From the NCBI GenBank assembly GCA_017411835.1, contig JAFQPG010000005.1, positions 52,774-116,773 on the forward strand: a stretch of 64,000 nt of DNA, given 5' to 3'. The position numbers and the translations under genes were made by a program. This document shows positions 36,051 to 45,968 of the stretch, piece after piece. The notes under the pieces are model-generated. The model did not search any database. It saw only the letters and a list, made by a program, of their open reading frames with translations, and had not been told where the DNA came from. How positions within the stretch are numbered: the stretch's first letter is position 1; each line of letters starts with the position of its first letter. The stretch is from Ruminococcus sp. (GTDB taxonomy: Bacteria; Bacillota; Clostridia; Oscillospirales; Acutalibacteraceae).

Positions 36051-37259
36051 TTAGCCCATTTCCTTTAATGTTTCGATGAAACACTTGATTACGTAATCTG
36101 CTTGCTCGTCGGTAATTACTGTGTTCATCGGCAGGGTTAGCTGGGCTTTGTGCATATCATAAGCATTAGGGAAGTCTTTGATGTCAAAGCCTTTCGCCTT
36201 ATATGCAGTAAACATTGGTAAAGGCTTGAAATGGACATTACACATCACGCCTTTGCTTTTCATCTTATCATAAAAAGCGTTGCGATAATCAGCATCCTTA
36301 CCGATAAATCTAACAAAGTACAGATGACCCGATGAACGATGTGTGTGGTCAGCGTGATTAAGAACAGAAATCGGCAAGTCTTTAAATGCCTCGTTGTAGC
36401 GTTTTATAAGCTCGTGTCTGCGTGAAAGCATAGCTTCGTAGCGGTCGAGCTGAGCAAGACCCATAGCCGACAAAATGTCAGGCATATTGCATTTATACTG
36501 GGTATCTACTACGTCATATTCCCAAGATGCACCTTTGTTTTTAGCAAAGGCGTCTTTGGTTTGACCATGTAAAGTCATCAGCATAAATTTTTTATAGATT
36601 TCGTTAGAGTCAATTCCCGGAATTTCTTTCCAGGTAGCGGCGCCACCCTCAGCAGTAGTCATATTTTTAACTGCGTGGAAGCTGAAATTAGTAAAATCGG
36701 CGATTTCACCGCACATTTTACCTTTGTACTGTGCACCAAAAGCGTGGGCAGCATCACTCATAACAATAATTCTGCCTAAAGCAAACTGAATAGGGTTGTC
36801 CGATGGCTTAAATAAATCACGCTTTGACTCGACAATTTCAAAAATGCGGTCATAATCGCAAACTATGCCTGCTAAATCAACGGCAATAATAGCCTTTGTT
36901 TTTTCATTAATCGCTTCTTCTAATTTATCGTAGTCCATCTCGTAGCTGTCTTTTTTACAGTCAATAAGAACAGGAGTAGCACCAACGTGGTAAATGATAG
37001 AAGCAGATGCTGTGTATGTGTAAGCAGGTACAATGACCTCATCTCCCGGTCCAATACCCAGAATACGTAAGGTCATCTCAGCACAGGATGTCTGTGAAGA
37101 AAGGCAAACAGCCTTTTGAGTGTTACACATCTGTGCGATTCTTTGCTCGAAAAGCTTTGTTTTAGGGCCGGTTGTAATCCAACCGGTTTTAAGCACCTCT
37201 ACAACCTGATCAATTTCAGCCTGAGTGATATCAGGAGGAGAGAAAGGAATATTCATCAT
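36051..37259 (-). CDS. DegT/DnrJ/EryC1/StrS sugar aminotransferase
   Basis: MNIPFSPPDI...GWITTGPKT, DAAHAFGA, FSFHAVKNMTTAEGG (PLP Lys); RBS AAAGGAG supports a start at 37259. Confidence 0.93.
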   Translation of the reverse strand: MMNIPFSPPDITQAEIDQVVEVLKTGWITTGPKTKLFEQRIAQMCNTQKAVCLSSQTSCAEMTLRILGIGPGDEVIVPAYTYTASASIIYHVGATPVLIDCKKDSYEMDYDKLEEAINEKTKAIIAVDLAGIVCDYDRIFEIVESKRDLFKPSDNPIQFALGRIIVMSDAAHAFGAQYKGKMCGEIADFTNFSFHAVKNMTTAEGGAATWKEIPGIDSNEIYKKFMLMTLHGQTKDAFAKNKGASWEYDVVDTQYKCNMPDILSAMGLAQLDRYEAMLSRRHELIKRYNEAFKDLPISVLNHADHTHRSSGHLYFVRFIGKDADYRNAFYDKMKSKGVMCNVHFKPLPMFTAYKAKGFDIKDFPNAYDMHKAQLTLPMNTVITDEQADYVIKCFIETLKEMG

Positions 37260-37377
37260 AAGTAATAACTCCTTTAATGTCATAAATTCTATTAAATACC
37301 ACTGTAATTATACTACTTTTTAATGTCAAAGTAAAGAGAAAGTTAAACACATATAAATGTACGCAAAAATGCAAGAA

Positions 37378-37416
37378 AAAGCAGGCAGAAAAGAAACTGT
37401 TTTCTGCCCGCTTTTA
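37378..37416 (-). terminator. spoIIID terminator
   Basis: AAAGCAGGCAGAAAA...TTTTCTGCCCGCTTTT imperfect stem. Confidence 0.65.
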
Positions 37417-37686
37417 TTAGGTTTTATCAGCTTTTTTAGCAAAATTCTGGTATTTTTTCTTCGTGGCAATACCGCCTCTTATGTGGCGTTCCTCTTTGTT
37501 TGTATCGAGCACCTTTCTGACCTCTTTATACAGCGCCATATTAATTTGCTTGAGCCTTTCGCTGACATCCTTATGCACAGTAGATTTGCTGACATTGTAT
37601 TTTTTTGCCGCCAGACGCACGGTAGCGCCGTTTTTAGCTATGTACTGACCAAGCTGAACAGCTCGCTCTTCGACATTCGTTTTCAT
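37417..37686 (-). CDS. spoIIID: Sporulation transcriptional regulator SpoIIID
   Basis: EERAVQLGQYI...ATVRLAAKKYNVSKSTVHKDVSERL...NKEERHIRGGIATKKKY. Confidence 0.97.
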   Translation of the reverse strand: MKTNVEERAVQLGQYIAKNGATVRLAAKKYNVSKSTVHKDVSERLKQINMALYKEVRKVLDTNKEERHIRGGIATKKKYQNFAKKADKT

Positions 37687-37712
37687 ACCAAAACCTCCGA
37701 GTCGTTGTGGTA

Positions 37713-37742
37713 ATGTATATGAGAAAAGAGCGCTGTTTATGA
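37713..37742 (-). promoter_or_regulatory. Sigma-E-type promoter of spoIIID
   Basis: Minus strand TCATAA-N15-CATATACAT; spoIIID is sigma-E-transcribed in Bacillus and Clostridium. Confidence 0.65.
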
Positions 37743-37823
37743 ATGGGTGATTATTAAAAAAGCAGTAAAAAATAGCCTATTATTTAACGGATTAAGTTGA
37801 ATGTCAAAAAACAGTCATTTTTG

Positions 37824-37852
37824 TTGACTAAATCTAGCTGATACTGTAGAAT
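37824..37852 (+). promoter_or_regulatory. Sigma-A promoter of the vanZ-NTase unit
   Basis: TTGACT-N17-TAGAAT. Confidence 0.7.
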
Positions 37853-37919
37853 TAACAAAATAGAACATTATCCAATTTGAATTATTTATGTTTTAGACAA
37901 ATTGTAAGAGGTGTAAAAA

Positions 37920-38441
37920 ATGTTTTATTATATATATCTAAGGCCTTTATGGATAATTTGCTTATGTATGTTTGTAGTGGTTTTAGTATATAGTGCTTTG
38001 GGTTGTTTTTTCTTAAGAGCTTCTAAAGCATGGAGAATTATTAATTTGTGTTTTTCTGTTATTTCAGTATTAGCTATACTCTATGTAACGATTTTAAACA
38101 GAGAAAGCGGTGAATCTGAGATTATATTTATCCCATTATGTTCTCTGTTTGATAAGAGTGTTGATGTGGAAAAATACCGTGTCACGCTAATGAATATTTT
38201 TCTTTTTTTCCCACTGGGATTATCTATGACATTTGCATTACCAAATAGGTGCAAACATCCGATATTTTTGGTGATGACATTCAGTTTTTTACTATCTTTG
38301 GTTATTGAAATATCACAATATATTTTTAGACTGGGCAGATGTGAAGTTGATGATATTATAATGAATACAATTGGAGCTTTTATAGGCGCTATTGCTTTTA
38401 TGTTGAGTAGTATTATAGTGAAAAATAAAGAGAGAAAGTGA
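37920..38441 (+). CDS. VanZ-family membrane protein
   Basis: MNIFLFFPLG, SLVIEISQY, GRCEVDDIIMNTIGAFIG. Confidence 0.9.
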   Translation: MFYYIYLRPLWIICLCMFVVVLVYSALGCFFLRASKAWRIINLCFSVISVLAILYVTILNRESGESEIIFIPLCSLFDKSVDVEKYRVTLMNIFLFFPLGLSMTFALPNRCKHPIFLVMTFSFLLSLVIEISQYIFRLGRCEVDDIIMNTIGAFIGAIAFMLSSIIVKNKERK

Positions 38442-38445
38442 CTAA

Positions 38446-39690
38446 ATGAAAAAGTTAAGATTAAGTTCTATTGATGAAACATTATTAGAAATTTTAGCAT
38501 ATGCATTGTTTGGAAATCAAAAGCCACTAATATATTTGGAACAGATAGAGCCGCTTCTTAGAGAAGCACGATTGCAATCTGTATATCCTTTAGTATATTC
38601 TAGTATGGAGAAAGATATAAAGGAAAAACTGGATTCTAGTGAATATGCTAAGTACGATAAATTATATTTGAAATACATTATGAGTTGTGCACAGAACTTT
38701 GAAGAACATAATGAATTAGATGGGGTTTTACAAGAGGCTCAAATACCTTATTGTGTAATTAAGGGCGTTGCATCTGCAGCATATTATACTCAACCATTTT
38801 TACGTAGTGTCGGTGATGTAGATTTTCTTATAAAGCACGTTCACAAAGAAGATGTATCAGCTTTAATAAAAAAAATAGGATTTGAAGCTAAAAAAACTGA
38901 TAATGATGAGGTGCATGTAGCTTTTAGTCGTGGTGATTATAGTATTTGGGAAATGCATTATTCCATCAACGGTATCCCAGAGAATGATGTGGGAGAATTA
39001 ATTCGAGAAGATTTAGAAAATATTATTTACACATCAAATGAATTTAAATCGGTGGATGTAAAATGTTCTGTTCCAAATAAATACTATCATGGATTAATTT
39101 TGCTTTTGCATACGGCTTCTCATTTGACACATGAAGGCATTGGATTGAGACATTTGTGTGATTGGGCAGTATACGTTAACAGCTTTGAAGATAATGAATT
39201 TGAGTCAATGTTTAAAGAAAAGCTGACTTCTTATGGTTTGTGGACATTTGCACAAATATTAACAGAGTTGTGTGTGAGGTATTTGGGAGTGAAACCAAAA
39301 TGTTGGTCAAGTGAAATTATTAAACACGGTGATTTTAGTTGCGAGGTTTTTCTTTCTCTAATATTAGATGTCCTAAGTGCAGGTAACTTCGGTAAAAAAG
39401 ATGTTAATCGTTACAGAGAAATTAAGTATATTCATAATAGTGCAGGAACTGTTGACAAAAAAGGTATATTTTTACAGGCATATAGAAACCTGAACAGAAA
39501 AGTGTTTGATAATCATAAGATTATAAATAGGGTTAAGATTTTATTGCCGATTGGTTGGATGATTGAGGGTATAAAATATATAAATCTTCTATTGAAAAAT
39601 GATAGAAAAAATATAAGAACAATTAGTATGATATCACAAGCTTCAAAGAGAAAAAGAATATATAGTAAAATGAATTTGTTTCAAAACTAA
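38446..39690 (+). CDS. Uncharacterised nucleotidyltransferase (NTP_transf_5-like)
   Basis: IKGVA, RSVGDVDFLI, EMH, LLLHTASH and GIGLRHLCDW motifs. Confidence 0.85.
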   Translation: MKKLRLSSIDETLLEILAYALFGNQKPLIYLEQIEPLLREARLQSVYPLVYSSMEKDIKEKLDSSEYAKYDKLYLKYIMSCAQNFEEHNELDGVLQEAQIPYCVIKGVASAAYYTQPFLRSVGDVDFLIKHVHKEDVSALIKKIGFEAKKTDNDEVHVAFSRGDYSIWEMHYSINGIPENDVGELIREDLENIIYTSNEFKSVDVKCSVPNKYYHGLILLLHTASHLTHEGIGLRHLCDWAVYVNSFEDNEFESMFKEKLTSYGLWTFAQILTELCVRYLGVKPKCWSSEIIKHGDFSCEVFLSLILDVLSAGNFGKKDVNRYREIKYIHNSAGTVDKKGIFLQAYRNLNRKVFDNHKIINRVKILLPIGWMIEGIKYINLLLKNDRKNIRTISMISQASKRKRIYSKMNLFQN

Positions 39691-39698
39691 AAGTTATA

Positions 39699-39740
39699 AA
39701 AACAACGAGGATAACAATTTATGGTTATCCTCGTTGTTTT
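39699..39740 (+). terminator. Strong terminator
   Basis: Perfect 17-bp inverted repeat AAAACAACGAGGATAAC/GTTATCCTCGTTGTTTT. Confidence 0.9.
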
Positions 39741-39756
39741 GTGCATAAGGTTTTTA

Positions 39757-39785
39757 TTGACATAATGTGTGTGCTGTAGTAGAAT
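39757..39785 (+). promoter_or_regulatory. Sigma-A promoter of the main polysaccharide operon
   Basis: TTGACA-N17-TAGAAT. Confidence 0.82.
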
Positions 39786-39823
39786 ATTTAATGGTGTATT
39801 ATGGAATTGTGGGGTAGTATGCC

Positions 39824-40360
39824 TTGCTGAAAATCAAGGCTAAATTTTTTATGAAAAAGTTACTTATTATAGGAGCGGGTGCCCATAGTGAAGTGGTCTG
39901 TGAAGTGGCTAGGAGTTGTGGGTATTCAGAGTTCATTTTTGTGGATGATTCTAAAGAATTGCTGAGTATTGGTAGAGCCCAATACGATACAACGGCATTA
40001 AGCTGGTTAATAAAAGAATATGAAGATGCTTTTATATCGGTGGGTAATAATCAAATGCGAAAGAGTATGTATGATCAATTAATTGAAAATGGGTATAACA
40101 TACCTTCGCTAATACATCCAACTGCATATATCAGCTCATCAGCTACTATAGGAGACGGATCATTGATAGGACCAATGTCGATTGTGAATTCAAACGCATT
40201 AATTGGCAAAGGATGTATTTTATCGTGTGCAGCTGTTGTTGATCATAATGTCGTGGTATCAGATTTTGCACATATAGATGCTGGTGCAGTATGCGAATCT
40301 TATAGTAAGGTAGATATGTATGGTAAGATTTTAGCAGGAACTGTTAATAAAAACCAATGA
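39824..40360 (+). CDS. PglD/NeuD-like sugar N-acetyltransferase (short copy)
   Basis: IIGAGAHSEVV, ISVGNNQMR, IHPTAYIS, hexapeptide repeats, VDHN; alternative ATG at 39851. Confidence 0.85.
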   Translation: MLKIKAKFFMKKLLIIGAGAHSEVVCEVARSCGYSEFIFVDDSKELLSIGRAQYDTTALSWLIKEYEDAFISVGNNQMRKSMYDQLIENGYNIPSLIHPTAYISSSATIGDGSLIGPMSIVNSNALIGKGCILSCAAVVDHNVVVSDFAHIDAGAVCESYSKVDMYGKILAGTVNKNQ

Positions 40361-40387
40361 AATTGTAATCTTTGGGAGAGGGTAAAG

Positions 40388-41581
40388 ATGGGATATACAC
40401 CGTTTGAAAATAAGGTGTGGCTTGCAACACCGACTATGCATGGTGAGGAGCTTGAATACATTACACAAGCGTATGAGTCTAACTGGATGTCTACAGCCGG
40501 TGCAAATATTGAAGAAGTTGAACGAATTATATCTGAAAAGCTAGGCTGCAAGTATGCGGTAGCTTTATCTGCAGGTACAGCTGCCTTGCATATGGCAGTA
40601 AAACTTGCCGGAGTAAAACGAGGAGATAAGGTTTTTTGCTCTGATATGACTTTTGACGCAACTGTTAATCCTGTCGTGTATGAAGGCGGTGTACCGATAT
40701 TTATTGATACCGAGTACGATACTTGGAATATGGACCCAAAAGCACTAGAGAGAGCATTTGAACTTTATCCTGATGTTAAGGTTGTTGTGCTTGTTCATTT
40801 ATACGGTGTTCCGGGTAAAATTGATGAGATCAGAGAAATTTGTGACAGACATGGTGCCATAATTATCGAAGATGCAGCGGAATCTCTTGGTGCTACATAT
40901 AAGGGAGTACAGACAGGAACCTTTGGAGAATTCAACTGTATTTCTTTTAATGGCAATAAGATTATTACCGGTTCTTCAGGTGGTATGATGCTGACAGACA
41001 GCGAAGAAGCAGCTCAAAAAGCAAGAAAATGGTCTACACAATCTCGTGAGCCGGCACCATGGTACCAGCATGAAGAGTTGGGATACAACTACAGGATGAG
41101 CAATGTGATTGCAGGTGTTGTTCGAGGACAAATACCACATCTTGAAGACCATATTGCAAGAAAAAAAGCCATATACGAAAAATATAAAAAGGGATTTGAG
41201 GGCTTGCCTGTTATTATGAATCCTTATGACGAGAAAAACAGTGAGCCTAATTTTTGGCTGAGCTGTATGATAATTGACAAAGAGGCAATGTGTCGTCAGA
41301 CAAGAGGTCCTCTTGCGGCGCAGTTCTTTAAAGAGCCTGGCAGATCATGTCCTACAGAAATTTTGGAAACACTTGAAAAATACAATGTAGAGGGTAGACC
41401 GGTCTGGAAGCCAATGCATATGCAGCCTATCTATGCAAACAATGCTTTTGTTTGTGCTGCTGATAGTGTTGATGTAGGAGCAGATATATTTGAGCGAGGA
41501 CTATGCTTGCCATCAGATATAAAAATGACTGATGATGAGCAGGAAATAATCATCGACATTATTAAGAGTTGTTTTGACTAA
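40388..41581 (+). CDS. PglE/EpsN-like DegT-family aminotransferase
   Basis: SAGTAALHMA, IEDAAESLGA, SFNGNKIITGSSGG, GYNYRMSN, RPVWKPMH, GLCLPS. Confidence 0.93.
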   Translation: MGYTPFENKVWLATPTMHGEELEYITQAYESNWMSTAGANIEEVERIISEKLGCKYAVALSAGTAALHMAVKLAGVKRGDKVFCSDMTFDATVNPVVYEGGVPIFIDTEYDTWNMDPKALERAFELYPDVKVVVLVHLYGVPGKIDEIREICDRHGAIIIEDAAESLGATYKGVQTGTFGEFNCISFNGNKIITGSSGGMMLTDSEEAAQKARKWSTQSREPAPWYQHEELGYNYRMSNVIAGVVRGQIPHLEDHIARKKAIYEKYKKGFEGLPVIMNPYDEKNSEPNFWLSCMIIDKEAMCRQTRGPLAAQFFKEPGRSCPTEILETLEKYNVEGRPVWKPMHMQPIYANNAFVCAADSVDVGADIFERGLCLPSDIKMTDDEQEIIIDIIKSCFD

Positions 41582-41595
41582 ACTCGGAGGAAAAA

Positions 41596-42258
41596 ATGAA
41601 GGGTAACCACAAACCTTATGGCGCGTATGAGCGTTTTTTCAAACGACCAATAGATATAATATGTGCACTGTTAGCACTTGTTGTTTTTTGTTGGCTATAC
41701 ATAATCGTTGCAATTTTAGTCAGAGTCAAATTAGGTAGTCCTGTTATCTTTAAGCAGGCAAGGCCGGGAAAGGATGAAAAGATTTTTTATCTTTACAAAT
41801 TCCGCACTATGACAGATGAGCGCGACAAAAATGGAGAGTTAATGCCTGATGAGGTAAGACTGACAAAGTTTGGAAGATTTCTTAGGAAAACATCGCTTGA
41901 TGAGTTGCCAGAGGCAATTAATATCTTAAAGGGAGATATGAGTGTTGTGGGACCAAGACCCTTGCTTGTAGAGTATCTTGATAGATACTCTGACGAGCAA
42001 CATCGTCGTCACGAGGTCAGACCGGGACTTTCGGGCTATGCTCAGGTTCATGGTAGAAATACAGTCACTTGGGAAGAAAAATTTAAAATGGATGTTTATT
42101 ATGTTGATAACATCACGTTTTTGGGCGATATCAAAATAGTATTTGATACTGTATTTAAAGCCTTCTTTAAACGAGAGGGAATCAACTCTCAGACAAGTGC
42201 AACTATGGAAGTATTTATGGGTACACAGGATACAGAAAAAGAAACGGTTGAAGTATGA
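41596..42258 (+). CDS. PglC/EpsL-like priming phosphoglycosyltransferase
   Basis: KRPIDI, YKFRTM, RKTSLDELPE, GDMSVVGPRP, RPGLSGYAQVHGRN. Confidence 0.94.
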   Translation: MKGNHKPYGAYERFFKRPIDIICALLALVVFCWLYIIVAILVRVKLGSPVIFKQARPGKDEKIFYLYKFRTMTDERDKNGELMPDEVRLTKFGRFLRKTSLDELPEAINILKGDMSVVGPRPLLVEYLDRYSDEQHRRHEVRPGLSGYAQVHGRNTVTWEEKFKMDVYYVDNITFLGDIKIVFDTVFKAFFKREGINSQTSATMEVFMGTQDTEKETVEV

Positions 42259-42866
42259 AAAAACTGGTTATTATTGGAGCGAGCGGACACGGAAAAGTTG
42301 TGGCTGATATAGCTCGTCTTAGTGGATACAAAAAAATAGTTTTTCTCGATGACAACAAGAATGTTACAAAGTGTGGTAGATACGAGGTTGTGGGAACGAG
42401 TGAAAATATCGGTGCCTACAACTGTGACTTCTTTGTTGCAATCGGTAATCCCATTGTCCGCGAAAAGGTTACTAAAGCACTTGATAAAGCAGGTAAAAAG
42501 GTCGTAACACTTATACACCCTAATGCGACTATCGGTGATGATGTCAGCATAGGTGATGGCAGTGTTGTTATGGCAGGTGCAGTTATCAATCCTTGTACAA
42601 CTATTGGTAAAGGTTGCATCATCAATACTTGTTCATCAGTAGACCATGATAGTGTAATATCTGATTATGCACACATAGCTGTCGGAGCGCATCTTGCCGG
42701 TACGGTTGAGATTGGCGAAAAAACTTGGCTTGGATCTGGTGCTGTAGTTTCAAATAATATTACGATATCTTCTAATTGCATCATTGGTGCAGGTGCAGTT
42801 GTTATCGATAACTTGTTAACAGAAGGTACATATGTTGGAGTTCCCGCGAGGTGGTTGCATAAATGA
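42255..42866 (+). CDS. PglD/EpsM-like acetyltransferase
   Basis: IIGASGHGKVV, AIGNP, IHPNA, VDHD, hexapeptide repeats, GVPAR. Confidence 0.93.
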   Translation: MKKLVIIGASGHGKVVADIARLSGYKKIVFLDDNKNVTKCGRYEVVGTSENIGAYNCDFFVAIGNPIVREKVTKALDKAGKKVVTLIHPNATIGDDVSIGDGSVVMAGAVINPCTTIGKGCIINTCSSVDHDSVISDYAHIAVGAHLAGTVEIGEKTWLGSGAVVSNNITISSNCIIGAGAVVIDNLLTEGTYVGVPARWLHK

Positions 42867-44011
42867 AAAAAATATGTTTTGTAACAACAATCTATCTTAC
42901 ATATAAAAGTTTTCTTAAAGAGTTTTCAAAATATTTGCACGAAACAGGTGAGTATGAGATTTCTCTTATCTGCAATGATGAGGAAAGTATTAGGGAAGAT
43001 TTGCCTAATTATGTGCATTATTATCCTGTTAATATGAAGCGCGGGGTAAGTTTGTCTGCTTTTAGTGCCATACAAAGTATTACTAGAATACTCAAGGAAA
43101 AAGAGTTTGATATAGTTCAGTATTCAACACCAAATGCTGCTTTCTATACATCAATAGCCTCAAAAAAAGCAAAAGTACCTGTACGGTTGTATTGTCAGTG
43201 GGGAATTAGATATATGGGGTTTGAAGGTGCTAAACGTAAAATATTTAAATTTCTAGAAAAAATCACTTGTAAGAATTCAACTTATATTGAAGCCGAAAGC
43301 CATAACATTAGAGAGTTTTCCTTAAAAGAAGAGTTGTACAATGAAGGAAATAGCTGTGTTATTTGGAATGGTAGTGCAAGCGGTGTTAATCTTAAAAAGT
43401 TTGATTTCTCGAAAAGGGAAGTTTGGCGTAAAGAAATTCGCGAGAAGTATAATATAAAAGATGATGAAATAGTTTTTTCTTTTGCAGCAAGATTAACACG
43501 TGACAAAGGTATTAATGAACTTTTAGATGCTTTTTTACAACTGGAATGTAAATACAGTAATGTAAAGCTGTTAGTTAGCGGTGGGATGGATGACGAAGGA
43601 TCACTTGATTCACAACTATATGCAAAAGCCAATGAATCTGATAGTGTTATTTTTACAGGAAGCGTTAGCAATATAGAGAAGTATTATGCGGCGGCTGATG
43701 TTTTTATTTCACCTAGCTATAGAGAGGGATTTGGACTAGTAGTTGTAGAAGCCGAATCTATGGGTTTGCCATCTATTGTAACTGACGTTCCTGGTCAGAT
43801 TGATGCTATTCTGCCAAATGAAACTGGATTGACATGCAAAGCGAAAGATGCTGAATCATTGAAGAACGCTATGATAACACTTATAGAGAATAGTGATTAT
43901 AGGGAGAAATTATCAAATGCAGCGGTTAGTTTTGTTGTAGATAATTTTGACGACAAAGAATTGTTTAAGTATTTGAAGAATAATAGGGATAAATTGATCT
44001 TTGGGAGATGA
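42863..44011 (+). CDS. GT4 glycosyltransferase (PglA/CapM-like)
   Basis: TPNAA, SASGVNL, ARLTRDKGINEL, PSYREGFGLVVVEA. Confidence 0.92.
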   Translation: MKKICFVTTIYLTYKSFLKEFSKYLHETGEYEISLICNDEESIREDLPNYVHYYPVNMKRGVSLSAFSAIQSITRILKEKEFDIVQYSTPNAAFYTSIASKKAKVPVRLYCQWGIRYMGFEGAKRKIFKFLEKITCKNSTYIEAESHNIREFSLKEELYNEGNSCVIWNGSASGVNLKKFDFSKREVWRKEIREKYNIKDDEIVFSFAARLTRDKGINELLDAFLQLECKYSNVKLLVSGGMDDEGSLDSQLYAKANESDSVIFTGSVSNIEKYYAAADVFISPSYREGFGLVVVEAESMGLPSIVTDVPGQIDAILPNETGLTCKAKDAESLKNAMITLIENSDYREKLSNAAVSFVVDNFDDKELFKYLKNNRDKLIFGR

Positions 44012-44018
44012 GTAAGTA

Positions 44019-44804
44019 ATGCCTAAAGTTAGTGTTTTGATGGGTGTTTATAATTGCGCTGATACAGTACATCAAAGCATAAACTCAATTAAAGAGCAGA
44101 CATTTACAGACTGGGAATTCATTATATGTGATGATGGTTCAATTGATAATACTGCCGCTATAGTTGAAGAATATGCAAAAAATGATTTTAGGATTAAGTT
44201 TATTAAAAATGATAAAAACCGTGGTTTATCTTACACACTTAATCATTGTTTGAAATATGCAACAGGTGAGTATTGTGCACGTATGGATGGCGATGATATC
44301 TGCAGTAAGGATAGATTTCAGATTCAGGTGGATTTTCTAGATAGTCATCCTGAGTACGGCTTTGTCAGTTCGCTTATGACCAGACACGACGAGAATGGCA
44401 TATATCAGAAGCCTGAGCAAAAAGAATCTTATGCCCCGACAAAAAAGGATTTCGTAAAAGGTTCGCCGTATTGCCATGCACCGGTTATGATGAGAAAAAG
44501 CTCTTACGATGCGGTAAACGGTTACAGAGATATTGATAAAACCCTTGGAGTAGAAGACTATGACATGTGGTTTCGCCTGTATGAAAAGGGAATATATGGA
44601 TATGTGTTACATCAACCACTTTATAGTATGTTTGATGGTCGTGCAGCTGCAAGTAGAAGAACTTTAAATAGGAGACTAAATGAAGCTTGGGTAAGAAAGG
44701 AAGGATATAAGATGATAGGGATTCCTTTTTTGTATCGAATTTATATCCTTAAGCCGATTATTCTTGCTTTTATACCACAGTGGTTATATAAAATAATCAG
44801 ATAA
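44019..44804 (+). CDS. GT2 glycosyltransferase
   Basis: VLMGVYN, DDGSID, ARMDGDD, HAPVM and EDYDMW motifs. Confidence 0.92.
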   Translation: MPKVSVLMGVYNCADTVHQSINSIKEQTFTDWEFIICDDGSIDNTAAIVEEYAKNDFRIKFIKNDKNRGLSYTLNHCLKYATGEYCARMDGDDICSKDRFQIQVDFLDSHPEYGFVSSLMTRHDENGIYQKPEQKESYAPTKKDFVKGSPYCHAPVMMRKSSYDAVNGYRDIDKTLGVEDYDMWFRLYEKGIYGYVLHQPLYSMFDGRAAASRRTLNRRLNEAWVRKEGYKMIGIPFLYRIYILKPIILAFIPQWLYKIIR

Positions 44805-44825
44805 GTCACAGGAGAGTTTTATAAA

Positions 44826-45968
44826 GTGCCAATGATTTTGATTTGTACACTGTTGATTTTTTCAGTACTTATTTATGCATCAAAAAGTCAACGTGTAGCT
44901 GAAAACATTCCATATGGAATTGATAACAATTGGAAATATGAAATTAATAAAAACACTTATATTATTTTTGCGTTAATTTTAATTATAGTATCCGGTATAA
45001 GATTTGGTTTTATCGATACATTTGCATACAAAGAGATGTATGTGTTGTCCAAAAATGACCTAGAATATGTAAACAGTGCACCATGGGATGTAGAGGCCGG
45101 TTGGCTGTATCTATGTTATTATCTTAATTTTTTGTTTTCTAATCCACACACAATCCTTTTTTTATCTGCAATTATTATCAATTATGCATTCGTTAGTTCG
45201 ATAAAGAGATATTCTGTTGATCCAGTATTGTCTTTGCTTATTTATTTTTGCATTATGTATATGGATACAAACAATGGCTTGAGACAGATGGTGGCAGCAG
45301 CGATTGTAGTAATTGGATATAGACTTTTGTTAAAACGCAAGTTTTCAGCATATTTGCTGTATGCTTTGTTAGTATTGCTTGCGATGCAATTCCATGAGTC
45401 TGCAGTGTTTGCTTTTATAGCAGTAATAATATCAGTAGGAAAACCACTGAATTTTAGAGTGTGGCTATTTATTTTATTGGGTATCATTTTTTCCTTCGCC
45501 CCAGAGATGGTTAACTCTATTTTTGGAGAGATGTTTTCTGATAGTAAGTATCTTGATTATTTGGATATATCAGGAGGAATGACTATATGGCGAGCTCTGG
45601 TGGTAGGTATAGTTCCACTAGTATTGACTATTATCTATTACTTTAAACAGAAAAAGGCGAATATAAAAATTGATTATACTGAAGGGTTTATGATGAATCT
45701 GACTATAACCAATGGTGTGCTGTATATAATGGGAATGTATCTGCAGGTTTGGGCAAGAATGGCGTTCTATACAGCATTTGCATCGATAGTGTTATTACCT
45801 AAACTTGTTGATTCAATATTTGGTGATAAATATAAGAGAGTTGTTCGGACAGTTATGGTTATCTTGTATATTGCGTTCTATGCATATAATATTTATATTT
45901 ACTATCATTTTCATGCGTTGGATAGTTTCTATCCCGAAATTTTATTTAATCATGAGGAGACTATCTGA
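44826..45968 (+). CDS. EpsG-family polysaccharide polymerase (Wzy-like)
   Basis: Multi-TM; GIRFGFIDT, NGLRQMVA, FHESA and ARMAFY motifs. Confidence 0.85.
   Translation: MPMILICTLLIFSVLIYASKSQRVAENIPYGIDNNWKYEINKNTYIIFALILIIVSGIRFGFIDTFAYKEMYVLSKNDLEYVNSAPWDVEAGWLYLCYYLNFLFSNPHTILFLSAIIINYAFVSSIKRYSVDPVLSLLIYFCIMYMDTNNGLRQMVAAAIVVIGYRLLLKRKFSAYLLYALLVLLAMQFHESAVFAFIAVIISVGKPLNFRVWLFILLGIIFSFAPEMVNSIFGEMFSDSKYLDYLDISGGMTIWRALVVGIVPLVLTIIYYFKQKKANIKIDYTEGFMMNLTITNGVLYIMGMYLQVWARMAFYTAFASIVLLPKLVDSIFGDKYKRVVRTVMVILYIAFYAYNIYIYYHFHALDSFYPEILFNHEETI

Noticed and set aside
37357-37713. 118-aa plus-strand ORF over spoIIID
   Set aside because: Antisense to the unambiguous spoIIID gene, with no recognisable motifs
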